From positions 32,001 to 96,000 of the forward strand of contig CACZYB010000002.1 of the NCBI GenBank assembly GCA_902785275.1: a DNA stretch of 64,000 nt. The letters run 5' to 3'. Source of the stretch: an uncultured Pseudomonadota bacterium. Its GTDB lineage: Bacteria; Pseudomonadota; Alphaproteobacteria; Rs-D84; CACZYB01. The translations under genes were made by a program, and so were the position numbers. A model generated the notes under the pieces. That model made no database searches. It was given only the letters and a program-made list of their open reading frames with translations, and was not told the DNA's origin. Shown one piece after another: positions 50,058 to 59,238 of this stretch; positions within the stretch are counted from its first letter, which is position 1; each line of letters starts with the position of its first letter.

Positions 50058-52663
50058 AAAAATTATTTTTAACATTACTATTTAATATATGTTTTTCTAT
50101 TTCTGGCTTTGCTCAAACTATTGCAAATGCTAACTATGATAACAATATGGTTGGTGGTGTAAGAAATATAAGTAAATGTTGGGAATGTAAACTTGTAGAA
50201 GGTGTTTACACTTATTCATTCAATTTTGTGTTTAAGATGTATAAGGTTATTGCCCCTGTTATTGCATCGTTGGTATTGGTATTTTTGGCATTTTGGTTTT
50301 TATGGTATGTTTGGGAAAATGTAATCAAAGCCCATATGAATTTTAAGGGTGGAAACGTTTTTGATTTTTTAAAAGAAATTTGGAAAAAATTATTTACTGT
50401 ACTTTTTGTTTTATCGTTGCTTTGGCATGTTCCTGCAAACAGAATTTTCAGTTATACAATCGATCCAATCATGAGCTTTGGTGCAGGATTTGGAAAATGG
50501 ATTTTGATTGAAACAAGAAATGAAAACGAAATTATGCAAGATTATTCAAAAGCAGTTTTGAATAAGAAACTTCCAAAATTTGATTGTTCAAATATAACTC
50601 TTTCAAAAAATACGCTTGATATGTTCAGGGTTAATGGTGTTGATGGCGAAAGTGAAATGAATGTTGATACACTTAAAAATCTTATCTGTATAACTGGCGA
50701 ATATTCAAACAGCTATACCATAGGACTAAATCTTGGTGCAAAAATTTTATCGCGTGGTTTAATTGGTTTTGCCGAAAATCTTGGTGCCGAAAGTATCAGA
50801 AAAAAAATTGATTCGTTTTCATCATTTATTCCACAGGTCGGATGGGGAAAGATTGCATATTTTGCATTAAAAATTATTTTAATCCTTGCAAAAATTTGGC
50901 TTGTTGCAGGGCTATTTACAAATATGCTTATCGTTGTTATTGGTGGATTTATAATGATACAGTTCTTATATGTCGGGCTTACATTTATAACAATGATTTT
51001 GGATATAGTTATACAGCTTGCCTTGGTCGGTGTTATGATGCCAATAGTTATTGGTTCGTGGGCCTATCCAGATAAAGGTATGGGTAATCTTCGCGGTAAA
51101 TTATCGGGAAAGCTTTTCTGGGGTGTACTTCGTTGTTCCTTCCGTCTTGGATTTTTGGCTGTTTCTATGAGTATTACTATATTCCTTTTAAACGAGCTTA
51201 TGACAACAAAATTTACGGTTGGTTCCGATGATACAATGCTTTCTTTGTACGAAGTTTTAAATGGGAATAAAGGCCTTTTGACCCAAGGTTTTATTTTAAA
51301 TAATTCAACATACGATTTTGTAAAGTTACTTATTTCCAATGTTGGCCTTTTGATTGCAATGATATTTACAACCCTTGTATCATGGATGCTTCTTCGTGAA
51401 AGTATTAAAAAGGCAGATAGTTTTTCCGGTGCCCTTTACAGTGGTGTATCAAATGATAATATTTTGAACGGATTGAAAAAATTAACAACTTCATCTATTG
51501 AATATGTTATGAGTGGTGCAAAACGTGAAGTCGATTTTTATAAAAAGAATAAATTGGCAAAAAAGATTTTGGATGAAGATAAACAAGAGGCAAAGGATGT
51601 TGCTCGTAAATCACAAATCGAAAAATGGGAAAATGAAGTTTTCAACGAAGGAAACACCGAACATCTTTTCGATATCCCAGCAGAAAAAGTTGTTGATGAA
51701 TATGATAAAATAAGAAATATCGAACAACCACCAAAAGATGATAGTCTTGTTCCAACCGTACCAACAAAGGACGAAACCGAAACTTCGGTTAAATTTGAAA
51801 ATGCTCCAATGGAACTTAATATTAAGGAAAATATTGAAGAGGTTAAAAAAGAACAATCCAAGGAAAGTGAATTTATTTCGACCGAACTTGCATCTCCGGA
51901 ATTCAAAGATTTGCCAGAGGATAAAAAAGAAAAGCTTACAACTTCTATTCTTTCTGAAGATAAGGAAAGTCTGATTGATATATCAAAGGATACAGAAATA
52001 GCCAAAATGTTTGAAATACGTAATGCAACACCGAAGGAAGATGATGAAATAGTAAATGATAAATTCGTAACTGATAACCTTATTGCGACAGAGGTTGTTT
52101 CCGCGGATGATTTATCAAATCCTGTGATAAAACTTCAATCAACATATATAAGACAGCAAATTATTGAAGAAATAAAAAACTTGCCTCAAAACGAACAAAA
52201 AGAAATTAAAAAGTTTATGAAGTTAACCAAAAAACCAAACCTTTCTAAAAAGGAAAAAAGGGAAGAATTCGAAAAACAAAAACGTATCTATGAAAAGTTA
52301 GAATCAAAGGTTAAGGCCGATATGCGTGCAAAACAACAAAAAATTAAGGATCTTATGCTTGAACGTGAAAAGCTTAAATCTACTAATAAAAAGAAGTCGG
52401 TTCTTACCGCTAAAAATGTAATTCAAACAATTAAAAATGATGAGTTGAATAATCTAAAGGCAGAACTTGAAGAACTTAATTTTTCTGATATCGCACAACG
52501 TTCACTTCTTCGCCGTGAAATGAAAAAGCTTGAGGAGGAAATAACTGCTATATCCGAAAAAGATAATCTTGAGCTAGAAGACGAATATGATGCAATTGTT
52601 GCTAATTGGAAACGTAAAAAACGAAGAAGAAAAGCTCGTATCAATCCATTGAAAAAGATATAA
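50054..52663 (+). CDS. VirB6/TrbL-like protein, paralog 5, with a long charged C-terminal tail
   Basis: CWEC; FDC...NLICIT; ILDIVIQLALVGVMMPIVIGSWAYP; ATGA overlap. Confidence 0.65.
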   Translation: MKKLFLTLLFNICFSISGFAQTIANANYDNNMVGGVRNISKCWECKLVEGVYTYSFNFVFKMYKVIAPVIASLVLVFLAFWFLWYVWENVIKAHMNFKGGNVFDFLKEIWKKLFTVLFVLSLLWHVPANRIFSYTIDPIMSFGAGFGKWILIETRNENEIMQDYSKAVLNKKLPKFDCSNITLSKNTLDMFRVNGVDGESEMNVDTLKNLICITGEYSNSYTIGLNLGAKILSRGLIGFAENLGAESIRKKIDSFSSFIPQVGWGKIAYFALKIILILAKIWLVAGLFTNMLIVVIGGFIMIQFLYVGLTFITMILDIVIQLALVGVMMPIVIGSWAYPDKGMGNLRGKLSGKLFWGVLRCSFRLGFLAVSMSITIFLLNELMTTKFTVGSDDTMLSLYEVLNGNKGLLTQGFILNNSTYDFVKLLISNVGLLIAMIFTTLVSWMLLRESIKKADSFSGALYSGVSNDNILNGLKKLTTSSIEYVMSGAKREVDFYKKNKLAKKILDEDKQEAKDVARKSQIEKWENEVFNEGNTEHLFDIPAEKVVDEYDKIRNIEQPPKDDSLVPTVPTKDETETSVKFENAPMELNIKENIEEVKKEQSKESEFISTELASPEFKDLPEDKKEKLTTSILSEDKESLIDISKDTEIAKMFEIRNATPKEDDEIVNDKFVTDNLIATEVVSADDLSNPVIKLQSTYIRQQIIEEIKNLPQNEQKEIKKFMKLTKKPNLSKKEKREEFEKQKRIYEKLESKVKADMRAKQQKIKDLMLEREKLKSTNKKKSVLTAKNVIQTIKNDELNNLKAELEELNFSDIAQRSLLRREMKKLEEEITAISEKDNLELEDEYDAIVANWKRKKRRRKARINPLKKI

Positions 52664-52695
52664 AAAATCCCCCGAAATTGGGGGATTAAATTTTT
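52662..52695. terminator. Bidirectional terminator
   Basis: AAAAAATCCCCCGAAATTGGGGGATT between convergent genes. Confidence 0.7.
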
Positions 52696-52709
52696 AATTT
52701 GTTACACTC

Positions 52710-53726
52710 TTATGCAACAGATCTTATTTCTTTACCTTCAATAAAATCTATCATATGTTGCATACTTGTATTTAAGATTCTATAGTTTGCATCAATAGAA
52801 TTAAATGCAATGTGAGGTGTTACAATCACATTCTTAAGTTGTAATAACTTTTGGTTGATAAGAGAGTACAAAATATATTCCTTGCTTTGTTCAGGAGCAG
52901 ATTCAACTGTATTCTTAAGGATAATATCTTCATATTCCAACACATCCAATCCAGCACCTCTAACTTTCTTTGAAACCAAAGCATTGTAAAGAGCAACAGT
53001 ATCAACCAAATCACCACGAGCGGTATTGATAAGGTAAACACCATCTTTCATCTTTGCAATAGTATCTTTGTTTATCATATGATAGTTTTCCTTTGTAGCA
53101 GGGCAGTGAATACTGATGATATCAGCTTCTTTGTAAATTGTTTCAACATCAGTATATGTGCAAGTACCTTCATCAGCCAAAGCTTGGTTTGGATATAAAT
53201 CATATGCCAAAACATTACAACCGAATGCATGAACAAGTCTTGCGAAATGACGACCAATAGCACCAGTACCAATCACACCAACTGTTTTACCATGTAAATC
53301 GATACCAATATCCTGGTCAACATTAACGATACCATTGTTAAGTTTTTGATGTGAGAATTCTATGTTTCTTGTAAGGTTCAAAAGAAGCCCCACAGCAAAT
53401 TCAGCCACAGTAATTTCACCATAACCAACAACGTTTGCAACCTTAATATTGTGTTCACGACAATAGTCCAAATCAACATTGTTGTATCCTGTTGAACGAG
53501 TTGAAATCATCTTTAAATTTTTAAATTTAGAAAGAAGTTCACCTGTCAATCTTGAATAAACGAATGTTGAAATGATATCTGTTGATTCATAATAATCACA
53601 AAGTTCGCTTTCACACATATCGTTAAGACTCTTTTCACAAATAACATATTTTACGCCATTTGGAGCAGGGTGTTCATTTAAGTATTTTTTTGTTAAATCA
53701 TCAACATCACAAAAAAGTATTTGCAT
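52710..53726 (-). CDS. D-isomer 2-hydroxyacid dehydrogenase (D-lactate dehydrogenase-like)
   Basis: STRSTGYNNVD, GVIGTGAIG, INTARG, LDVLEYE, TPHIAF. Confidence 0.9.
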   Translation of the reverse strand: MQILFCDVDDLTKKYLNEHPAPNGVKYVICEKSLNDMCESELCDYYESTDIISTFVYSRLTGELLSKFKNLKMISTRSTGYNNVDLDYCREHNIKVANVVGYGEITVAEFAVGLLLNLTRNIEFSHQKLNNGIVNVDQDIGIDLHGKTVGVIGTGAIGRHFARLVHAFGCNVLAYDLYPNQALADEGTCTYTDVETIYKEADIISIHCPATKENYHMINKDTIAKMKDGVYLINTARGDLVDTVALYNALVSKKVRGAGLDVLEYEDIILKNTVESAPEQSKEYILYSLINQKLLQLKNVIVTPHIAFNSIDANYRILNTSMQHMIDFIEGKEIRSVA

Positions 53727-53814
53727 AATACTATCTCCTTTATTTTTTTATCTTGTGTTTTTTCGGGGAATATTATATTCTCTTTTTAAAAATTAAACAA
53801 CAGGAAAATTCATC

Positions 53815-54522
53815 ATGAGAAAAATATTTTTTATGTCATTTACAATTTTTTTATTTATTTTTGGATTTTTGTTTAACCAGCTTCCAATCCACGCAAATAA
53901 TTCTGTGGAAACAGAAGTTGATTTTTTTGAGGAGCATTTCCCTCTTAAAAAAGTGACAGGAGAATATTTTATAAATGACTTGTCCTATGCAAAGGATGAA
54001 AATTTCCTTCATCACAAATTCTATCATAAATTTGGTATGAACGATTGTTATGTTCATAAAGATATTTACCCAAATATGTTAAAGTTAGAGGAGCTTTTAA
54101 AGGCAAACCATGTAAAAGCAATGATGTTTGATTGTTTCCGCCCACACGAAGCTCAAATCTATATGTGGAACAGAAATCCAAACCCATACTTTCTTGCAAA
54201 TCCAAATAAAAAAGGTTCTATCCATTCAAAGGGATTGGCTTTGGATATTGGACTTGCTGATATGAACGGTAAAAAGCTTGAGTTTGCAACAGGTATGGAT
54301 CATTTTGTTGCGGAATCTGCTCATGCATATAAATGTAAGCCAGAGGAACAATATAAATGTGATAACCGAGCACTCCTAAAATCAATTATGGAACAGGCTG
54401 GTTTCCGAAGCATTAAAAACGAATGGTGGCATTATCAAAAACCAGGTAAACTTACAGAATATCCACTTATTCGTATCTGTGATGTAAAGGGTAGTGCTTG
54501 CTATGGCAAGGATGTAAATTAA
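53815..54522 (+). CDS. D-Ala-D-Ala dipeptidase (VanX/DdpX, peptidase M15D), exported
   Basis: DCFRP..AQ, SIHSKGLALD (SxHxxGxAxD), EWWHY; signal peptide. Confidence 0.9.
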   Translation: MRKIFFMSFTIFLFIFGFLFNQLPIHANNSVETEVDFFEEHFPLKKVTGEYFINDLSYAKDENFLHHKFYHKFGMNDCYVHKDIYPNMLKLEELLKANHVKAMMFDCFRPHEAQIYMWNRNPNPYFLANPNKKGSIHSKGLALDIGLADMNGKKLEFATGMDHFVAESAHAYKCKPEEQYKCDNRALLKSIMEQAGFRSIKNEWWHYQKPGKLTEYPLIRICDVKGSACYGKDVN

Positions 54523-54575
54523 ATCTTTATTTATATACTTTAGATAGGGGCTTTTGTGGCCCTTATTTTTTTTAT

Positions 54576-54728
54576 ATAATTCTTTCCGTTTGATAAAAGT
54601 ATAGTTTTTAGTAAAGCTTCATTTGTTAGTGCAGAGTTAAGGGGAGGGAAAGTAAATTACCCTTAGTGTTATATCAATAGCATAAATGAAAAGTTTTCAT
54701 TATCACTACAATAATAAGAAAGAATTAT
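54576..54728. ncRNA. Candidate structured RNA, long bulged hairpin (6S-RNA-like)
   Basis: Four nested complementary pairs spanning 153 nt in an intergenic gap; strand undetermined. Confidence 0.4.
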
Positions 54729-54769
54729 TTGTGTTATAATACTTTAATTATGTGAAAGAATTTAGATAT

Positions 54770-54796
54770 AAAAAAAGAGGGGCTAACCCCTCTTTC
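54770..54796 (-). terminator. Rho-independent terminator
   Basis: AAAAAAGAGGGG-CTAA-CCCCTCTTT. Confidence 0.75.
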
Positions 54797-57082
54797 TTAT
54801 TTTGCTTCATTTGAGCTTGTATCTTGAACTTCAAGTTTTACGTAAGCAGGAAATGGATTCATTCCGTTACCACCAGGAGCTCCATCTGAACCACGAGAAC
54901 TACGGCTAGCATTACCACCATTTCCACCACCAGGAGCAGTCAAATCAACTGTACCTTCAATCTTAAATGTTGATGGGTTACCAACAGTGTAAGTATATGA
55001 CTTTGAAGTGGATAAGCTAAATACTTTTTGCTGCAAATCACCGTTACCACCGTAACCACCTCTATGATCTGATGCAAAGATATTTGCTCCATGGCTATAG
55101 CTACTACCGTTAGATCCCTTTGCACCAGCTACTGTAACTCTATAGAAACCAGAAGGAAGTGAGCCACCGCTTGTACCAAGTTCATATGGTTTCCATGTAA
55201 TAGCAGCAACACGAGCTTCTGTTATAGTACTTGCATCAAGTCCAATTTCATCGATACAAAGTATTTCATTGTCACAACCTGCGGTATAGCTCGAAACCTT
55301 ACCTTCTTTACTGATACATACTTTCAAATCAGCAAGATTTTTAGTATAGTTACCATCAAGAGTCAAAGCATCTGCATCACTGTTACATTGTTTCTTCAAC
55401 TTTGTTTCTGATTCTTTTATAAGTTCTTTTAAGTTTTCTTTTCTTATCTTTTCAGCTTCTGTTTGAGCTTTAAGAACTTCAGATTCAGCTTTTGATACTT
55501 CAACTCTGGATTTTGCATCCAAAATCTTTGCTTCTGCTTCGAATTTACGTGCATCAGATTCAGCTTGCATATCAATCTTTTTAGCTTCAGCAACAGCAAT
55601 CTTTACATTTGCCTTATTATCAGCATCAGCCTTATACAAATTACCGAATGCGTTTGAAATTGTTGATTGTTTTTTAGCTTCTTTCTTTATAAGTTGAGCA
55701 ACATTTTCATTCAAATAGTTTGTTAATTGATCCTGGAACTTTGCATATGCTTGTTCACGGGAAGAAATCAAAGCTTGTTCGAAAGAGTTACATGATGCCT
55801 TTGCAGACAAGAAACCTGTATCAACTTCTTCAAGTTCTGTTATGTCTGTCTTATCAGTCTTGTTTACACAAGCATTTTCTGTTGATGAATATTTATATCC
55901 AGATGGGCAACCTTCCCATACACCTGTTTGATAATATGAAATGTATTCATCTGCAAGAGATTGACAAGAAGAACCGTTTAATATCCTTATTTGTTTCTTC
56001 ATTTCTTCCAAATCATCTTCGGAAAGGCTACTGTTTGTAGTTGTTGGCAACTGGCTGTTACCCATACAAATTTCGTGTGCTTTTTGGAAAATACCCTTTG
56101 GATTCAAGGAACCTGCACCTTGTGGAGGAACAACGTTTACAGAGAAAAGTTGTTGTTCAGAAGTATTTTCTGATGTATCCATACCCAAATCTTTTAACAT
56201 ATCATTAACATCAGATGATGAAATTTGATATGTTGAAAGGTCGATATTTGTTGCACCAGCAGCTTCCATTGCTGTCTTAAACTTTGTTTCATAAAGCTTT
56301 GTACTTGTGAAATTAAGGATTGTAAGCTCATCTGCCTCTAACTTATCAAGTACAGCTTTATAGAACATATATGATTTCTTTGTTGCATTTGCATTGTTTG
56401 ATGTATCCCATGTACATATATTCAATGGTTGGCCAGATTCTCCAGTTTTTGTTTCTGGTTTACAATAGAAGTTATATGCATAATAAAGAGCATTAACATC
56501 TTGACCAGAAGCAGAAGAATTTGAACTTGCCAAACGAGCAGGTGTCTTCATAGAGCTTGAAATTGTTGAACCATCACCCTTTGAATAATAGATACAACGG
56601 AATGCATCACCAGTTTCTTGCATTGCTTCCACAGCAGGATTTTCACCCAAATAAGAGTACTTGGAAAGGAAACCTTTTATTTGAATATCCATACATTCGG
56701 AATATGCAGAACGGCAAGCGACACCCTTTACTGATGCAGTAGATGTTGTTTTTGTATCTGTTGAAGTAGTTCCTGTTGAAGTTGTTGCCACAGTCGCTGT
56801 AGTTGCAGCTATAGCTGAAGCACGACGTGCAGATGAAGCTCTTACAGACTTTCTTCCACCGCCACTTGCTTGACGAACGGATTTCCTTCCGCCCTTGTTA
56901 CTTGCCTGACGAAGTCCTTTACCAGATTTTTTTCCAGCTTTTGTATTTCCGGCACGTTTTGAACCACCCTTTGATGATTTTTTTACCTTTCCCGCCCATG
57001 AAATAGACGCATCAGCAAATAAAAGTGAGAATGTTAAGAATAACACTAAACTTTTTTTAAAAATTTTCATAATTGTAACCAT
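54797..57082 (-). CDS. Large secreted protein: basic repeats, Thr-rich linker, Cys-patterned core, coiled coil, glycine-rich C-terminal domain
   Basis: Signal peptide; GGRKSVR repeats; CRSAYSECMD, FRCIY; SGFYRVTVAGAKG...GG.GG.G. Confidence 0.7.
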   Translation of the reverse strand: MVTIMKIFKKSLVLFLTFSLLFADASISWAGKVKKSSKGGSKRAGNTKAGKKSGKGLRQASNKGGRKSVRQASGGGRKSVRASSARRASAIAATTATVATTSTGTTSTDTKTTSTASVKGVACRSAYSECMDIQIKGFLSKYSYLGENPAVEAMQETGDAFRCIYYSKGDGSTISSSMKTPARLASSNSSASGQDVNALYYAYNFYCKPETKTGESGQPLNICTWDTSNNANATKKSYMFYKAVLDKLEADELTILNFTSTKLYETKFKTAMEAAGATNIDLSTYQISSSDVNDMLKDLGMDTSENTSEQQLFSVNVVPPQGAGSLNPKGIFQKAHEICMGNSQLPTTTNSSLSEDDLEEMKKQIRILNGSSCQSLADEYISYYQTGVWEGCPSGYKYSSTENACVNKTDKTDITELEEVDTGFLSAKASCNSFEQALISSREQAYAKFQDQLTNYLNENVAQLIKKEAKKQSTISNAFGNLYKADADNKANVKIAVAEAKKIDMQAESDARKFEAEAKILDAKSRVEVSKAESEVLKAQTEAEKIRKENLKELIKESETKLKKQCNSDADALTLDGNYTKNLADLKVCISKEGKVSSYTAGCDNEILCIDEIGLDASTITEARVAAITWKPYELGTSGGSLPSGFYRVTVAGAKGSNGSSYSHGANIFASDHRGGYGGNGDLQQKVFSLSTSKSYTYTVGNPSTFKIEGTVDLTAPGGGNGGNASRSSRGSDGAPGGNGMNPFPAYVKLEVQDTSSNEAK

Positions 57083-57231
57083 TTGTATATCCTTTCCAGC
57101 TAAATGCAACCTTTATTTTACCACTAAACTCACTGAATTTCAAGTGTTTTTCAAATATTTTTCTTAAAAAATTTATTGATTTTTACATTACTATGTTATA
57201 AAAAAGTGTTATCAGAGAAAAAGGGGAAAAA

Positions 57232-59238
57232 ATGAATATATTTGTTATACTTATCATGGGCATTATGCTTGCCACTTATCAATACTTTATTGCAAAACGT
57301 TCATCTGATGTTGTTTTGAATAAGGATGAGTTGAAACTTCAGGCTGAACTTACCTGTATGAAGCAATATCATGATTTTGCTACTGTGAAAAATGAATACC
57401 TTTACGAGGTAGGAAACGAAATCTTTTCTTTAAAGGGTACAGGCCAAGATCAGGCAAATTATTCATGTAATGGTTCTGATGATCCTACATTTAAGGTTTC
57501 AAAATACTGTCTTTCTTCTACTGGACAGGAACGTGTAGATTGTAACTTTGACGGAATTTCTTGTGCTGATACTTCATCAACTGCACCGGGATATCACTGT
57601 GTTTCAACTACAAAATGGAAAACATTTTCCAAAAGTGATAAATATCTTATGTCTCAAATTTTGAAAAATGGTGTGAATATTTCATCAAAGGAACTTAGTG
57701 CAAATCTTCAATTAATAAAGGATAGAGCTGGTGTTTTTGCTGATCGTCCAACCGTAAAGGAAGGTGAAGTTTTAACAGCTATCGGTTTGGTTTCCTGTGT
57801 TAATGCATGTAAAGTAAGTCTTCAAACAAAGTTAAAGGATGGCGGATGTCCAGAAGGAACCGTTATCGTTGCAAAGGAAGATGGATCACTTGAATGTGCA
57901 AAACCAACTGATGCTTCTCCTTGTACTGCATACGAAGCTGAGTATACAGATAAAACAAAAGCTGAAACTGGTTGGTGTACAGACGAGAAAAAAGGTGGTA
58001 CTGGAAAAATGCAAAATGGAAAGTATTGTTGTGCGATACGTTTCTATGCTGGTAATGATGAGTATTGTAAAAAGCATACTAATGCAGCAAATTGTTGTCC
58101 TCCTGGACTTTCTCCTCAATGGGATGGTGAAAACAGACAATATAACTGTATTGATACAAATGTTGTTTGCCAGGGAAATGTAGCAATGAAGATTATCGAT
58201 GAAAAGGGAAAATCTGTTTCTGCTCTTGGTTCTGTTGCTGCTGTGCCAAATGCTGCAACAACACAGTATACATTTAATTCTACAACAAAAACAGATAAGT
58301 ACTATTGCCACTTAAAACCAGCAGAATTTACAAAAATCTGTAAATCTTTTGAAAATGAAGAATATTCATTTATTAAGGTTTCTGGTGTTACAAACAGTAC
58401 AAATATCGAAAGCTCTAATTTTGGTGGTGTACAGGCAGGTACTTCCTCTGAAACACCGGTATGTCACCTTGCTGCAAGGGCTAATGCAAAGGCTGCCGAA
58501 AACTGTACTCCATGTCAAGGTGTTATCTTTAATAAGGAAAATAACAAATGGCAATGTCACGATTTTACATGGCAGGATTTAACAAATCCTAGCAGTCAAT
58601 ATTATAACTATGCAAGATCTGTTGTATTTGGAAAGGATGCTAAAGGTCGTAACAACTGTTTATCTACTTGCGTATCTCAACAGGTAGAAGCTATTAAAAA
58701 AGGTGAAAGAAATAGATTGTATTGGGGTGTAAGATTCGATCCAAAAAGCCATATGTGGAACTGCTTTAACTGTAATCCATACGATACACATAACTATGTT
58801 TGGGAGTGTGAAGAAAAATATAAAGATGGAGATAAAGAACTAACAAGAAGGGCTGGTGCTCCAAAAAATGTTAGCAGCATTGATAAATATGCTGAGAATA
58901 GTGCATCATTTAAATATAAATCAGTTGGTTCTCTTGAAAATTTAAATAAAGAATTCGATGCCGTATGTGTAAAGTATTCAGACCGTGATACTAATGATCA
59001 GGGGAAATGTGTTCCATATAATTGTTCATCAGATTTCCAGGTTCAAATTAATGGAAAATGTTATACAAAGTGGTGTAGCCGTAAAAGCGCCGGTTTCCCT
59101 TCTGATGCGGAAATAAACGGACCAGAGGATAGTGTTTGTCCTGATAAAACTCCATGGATGATGTATAACACAGTTAAAACTTGTGTTTATTGCATACGTC
59201 AACCAGCTAATAGAATAGGAGTAGAGGAAAAACCATAA
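57232..59238 (+). CDS. Cysteine-rich membrane-anchored/exported protein
   Basis: N-terminal hydrophobic helix; 38 Cys by manual count over 668 aa. Confidence 0.7.
   Translation: MNIFVILIMGIMLATYQYFIAKRSSDVVLNKDELKLQAELTCMKQYHDFATVKNEYLYEVGNEIFSLKGTGQDQANYSCNGSDDPTFKVSKYCLSSTGQERVDCNFDGISCADTSSTAPGYHCVSTTKWKTFSKSDKYLMSQILKNGVNISSKELSANLQLIKDRAGVFADRPTVKEGEVLTAIGLVSCVNACKVSLQTKLKDGGCPEGTVIVAKEDGSLECAKPTDASPCTAYEAEYTDKTKAETGWCTDEKKGGTGKMQNGKYCCAIRFYAGNDEYCKKHTNAANCCPPGLSPQWDGENRQYNCIDTNVVCQGNVAMKIIDEKGKSVSALGSVAAVPNAATTQYTFNSTTKTDKYYCHLKPAEFTKICKSFENEEYSFIKVSGVTNSTNIESSNFGGVQAGTSSETPVCHLAARANAKAAENCTPCQGVIFNKENNKWQCHDFTWQDLTNPSSQYYNYARSVVFGKDAKGRNNCLSTCVSQQVEAIKKGERNRLYWGVRFDPKSHMWNCFNCNPYDTHNYVWECEEKYKDGDKELTRRAGAPKNVSSIDKYAENSASFKYKSVGSLENLNKEFDAVCVKYSDRDTNDQGKCVPYNCSSDFQVQINGKCYTKWCSRKSAGFPSDAEINGPEDSVCPDKTPWMMYNTVKTCVYCIRQPANRIGVEEKP

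Noticed and set aside
41266-52644. Numerous 60-165-aa ORFs antisense to or nested in the large genes
   Set aside because: Phe/Ser/Ile-rich shadows typical of the reverse strand of Lys/Glu-rich AT-rich genes; no RBS or motifs.
52710-54522. vanH/vanX-like glycopeptide resistance cluster
   Set aside because: The genes are divergent, there is no D-Ala-D-Lac ligase or vanRS nearby, and both families are common housekeeping enzymes.
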